Assembly: GCF_036321535.1 (NCBI RefSeq)
Contig: NC_087437.1
Span: 39,372,001 to 39,436,000 of the forward strand
Source: Camelus dromedarius
Lineage: Eukaryota
DNA length: 64,000 bases
Direction: 5' to 3'
In this document: positions 62,970 to 64,000 of the stretch, in pieces
Layout of the letters: every line of letters starts with the position of its first letter
Numbering within the stretch: the first letter of the stretch is position 1
Made by a program: the position numbers and the translations under genes
Notes under the pieces: generated by a model
What the model was told of the DNA's origin: nothing
The model's database searches: none
The model's input: only the letters and a program-made list of their open reading frames with translations

Positions 62970-63749
62970 TGAAACTCCTTTTTTATATGCACAGGCGGTA
63001 TTTAAATTTGGAAGTAAGAACTGCTTTTCAGTTCAGGTTGGACTACACTGAAATATTCACACCTATTCACTGAAGACCTCAGTGGCCATTAAGTAGCTGG
63101 ATCCTCTTTAGAAATGTCTAGAATTTCATCTATTTATTCTCAGTATCCTGCTTCACAGCTCAGTCAGCTTCAGATTGTTAAGGTATTGTATTTCAAACAC
63201 AGCTTTTGGTGTGGGAGACCATTAAGACGTTAGCCACATAAAGATCAGGGTGAAAGCATGACGTCCACACTTACAATGAATCATCAAAATGTTTAGTGGT
63301 GTTCTCCCCTTCACTGGTCAGTGGACAGGAAGGAAAAGTGAGAAGAAGTGATCAAGACAAGTGCTTAGCCTGCTCTGGGGGACACAGATTCCCCGTAGAA
63401 TATGGCCTGATTGGAATCAGGTTTTTAATCCACATTGTAGTCTTGACTCACATGGCTCATCCTTTGGGTCAGTTCTACAGCCATTTGTAAGCATGAGTCC
63501 TTTGATAAGCCCCAGAAAGATACAGCAATAAATATCATCGTGTTTTTGCTCTCAACTAGTTGATCAGTATTTAGCATTTCATATGACAGGTTAATTCACA
63601 TGAAAGAAGAATAATTTTCTTGATTGGAAATGTTGTTACTCATGTTACCCATCCTTTGAGGGATAAAAATAGAGAATACTGAAATTATCTGACTAGATAT
63701 TTGACTTAATGCATAATGTCTAGTGTAACTTTTAAAGCAAAACTTAAGA

Positions 63750-63890
63750 TTTTTTTCAGATTCTTTTCCATTACAGCTCATTACAAGAAACTGAATAATA
63801 TATATATGTATAACTGAATCACTTTGCTGTGTGCCTGAAACTAACATTGTAAACTGACTACACTTCAATAAAAAATAAGAATTAAAAAAA
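63750..63890 (+). mobile_element. very short L1 3' end with 5' inversion
   Basis: 63750-63797 is the reverse complement of the L1 segment that normally precedes tatatatatgtataactgaatcactttgctg (compare 26550-26620); A-rich tail. Confidence 0.8.
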
Positions 63891-64000
63891 ACTTATTTAA
63901 GATAGAATTGATGGAAGGTTTATGAAAAATACTTGGTGTTATCGATTCAGTATAGTTCTGATCTCTACTTAACATTTATCTTCCTATATCTCAGCACGTA

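Noticed and set aside
56860..62990. Selenocysteine recoding of the TGA at a Cys position
   Set aside because: TGY>TGA is one substitution, neighbouring exons have independent lesions, and I see no convincing SECIS after the stop. A SECISearch run would settle it.

Overview
AT-rich mammalian genomic DNA, probably from a camelid (two tRNA-derived Vic-1-like SINEs with target-site duplications, and no Alu, B1 or Bov-A2/BovB copies seen). The window holds the 3' half of a + strand gene built from tandem phase-1/phase-1 exons of about 126-132 nt, each encoding one 8-Cys laminin-type EGF-like module. The last eight exons (37112-62688) follow the same order and motifs as the C-terminal modules of MEGF6 as I recall them. 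The long AT-rich introns and lack of a transmembrane exon point to the MEGF6 paralogue EGFEM1 (inference, not verified by search). The gene looks broken: a 17-nt frameshifting deletion, a GT>GG donor, an in-frame TGA at a Cys and a Cys>Ser. Upstream of ~37 kb the modules survive only as heavily decayed relics, so decay appears to have happened in two tiers. The rest is intron filled with L1, L2, MIR, L3, MaLR/ERV LTRs, hAT MITEs and microsatellites. Nearly all ORFs in the supplied track are spurious. Repeat family names and MEGF6 comparisons are from memory and need RepeatMasker/alignment confirmation; old-repeat boundaries are approximate.
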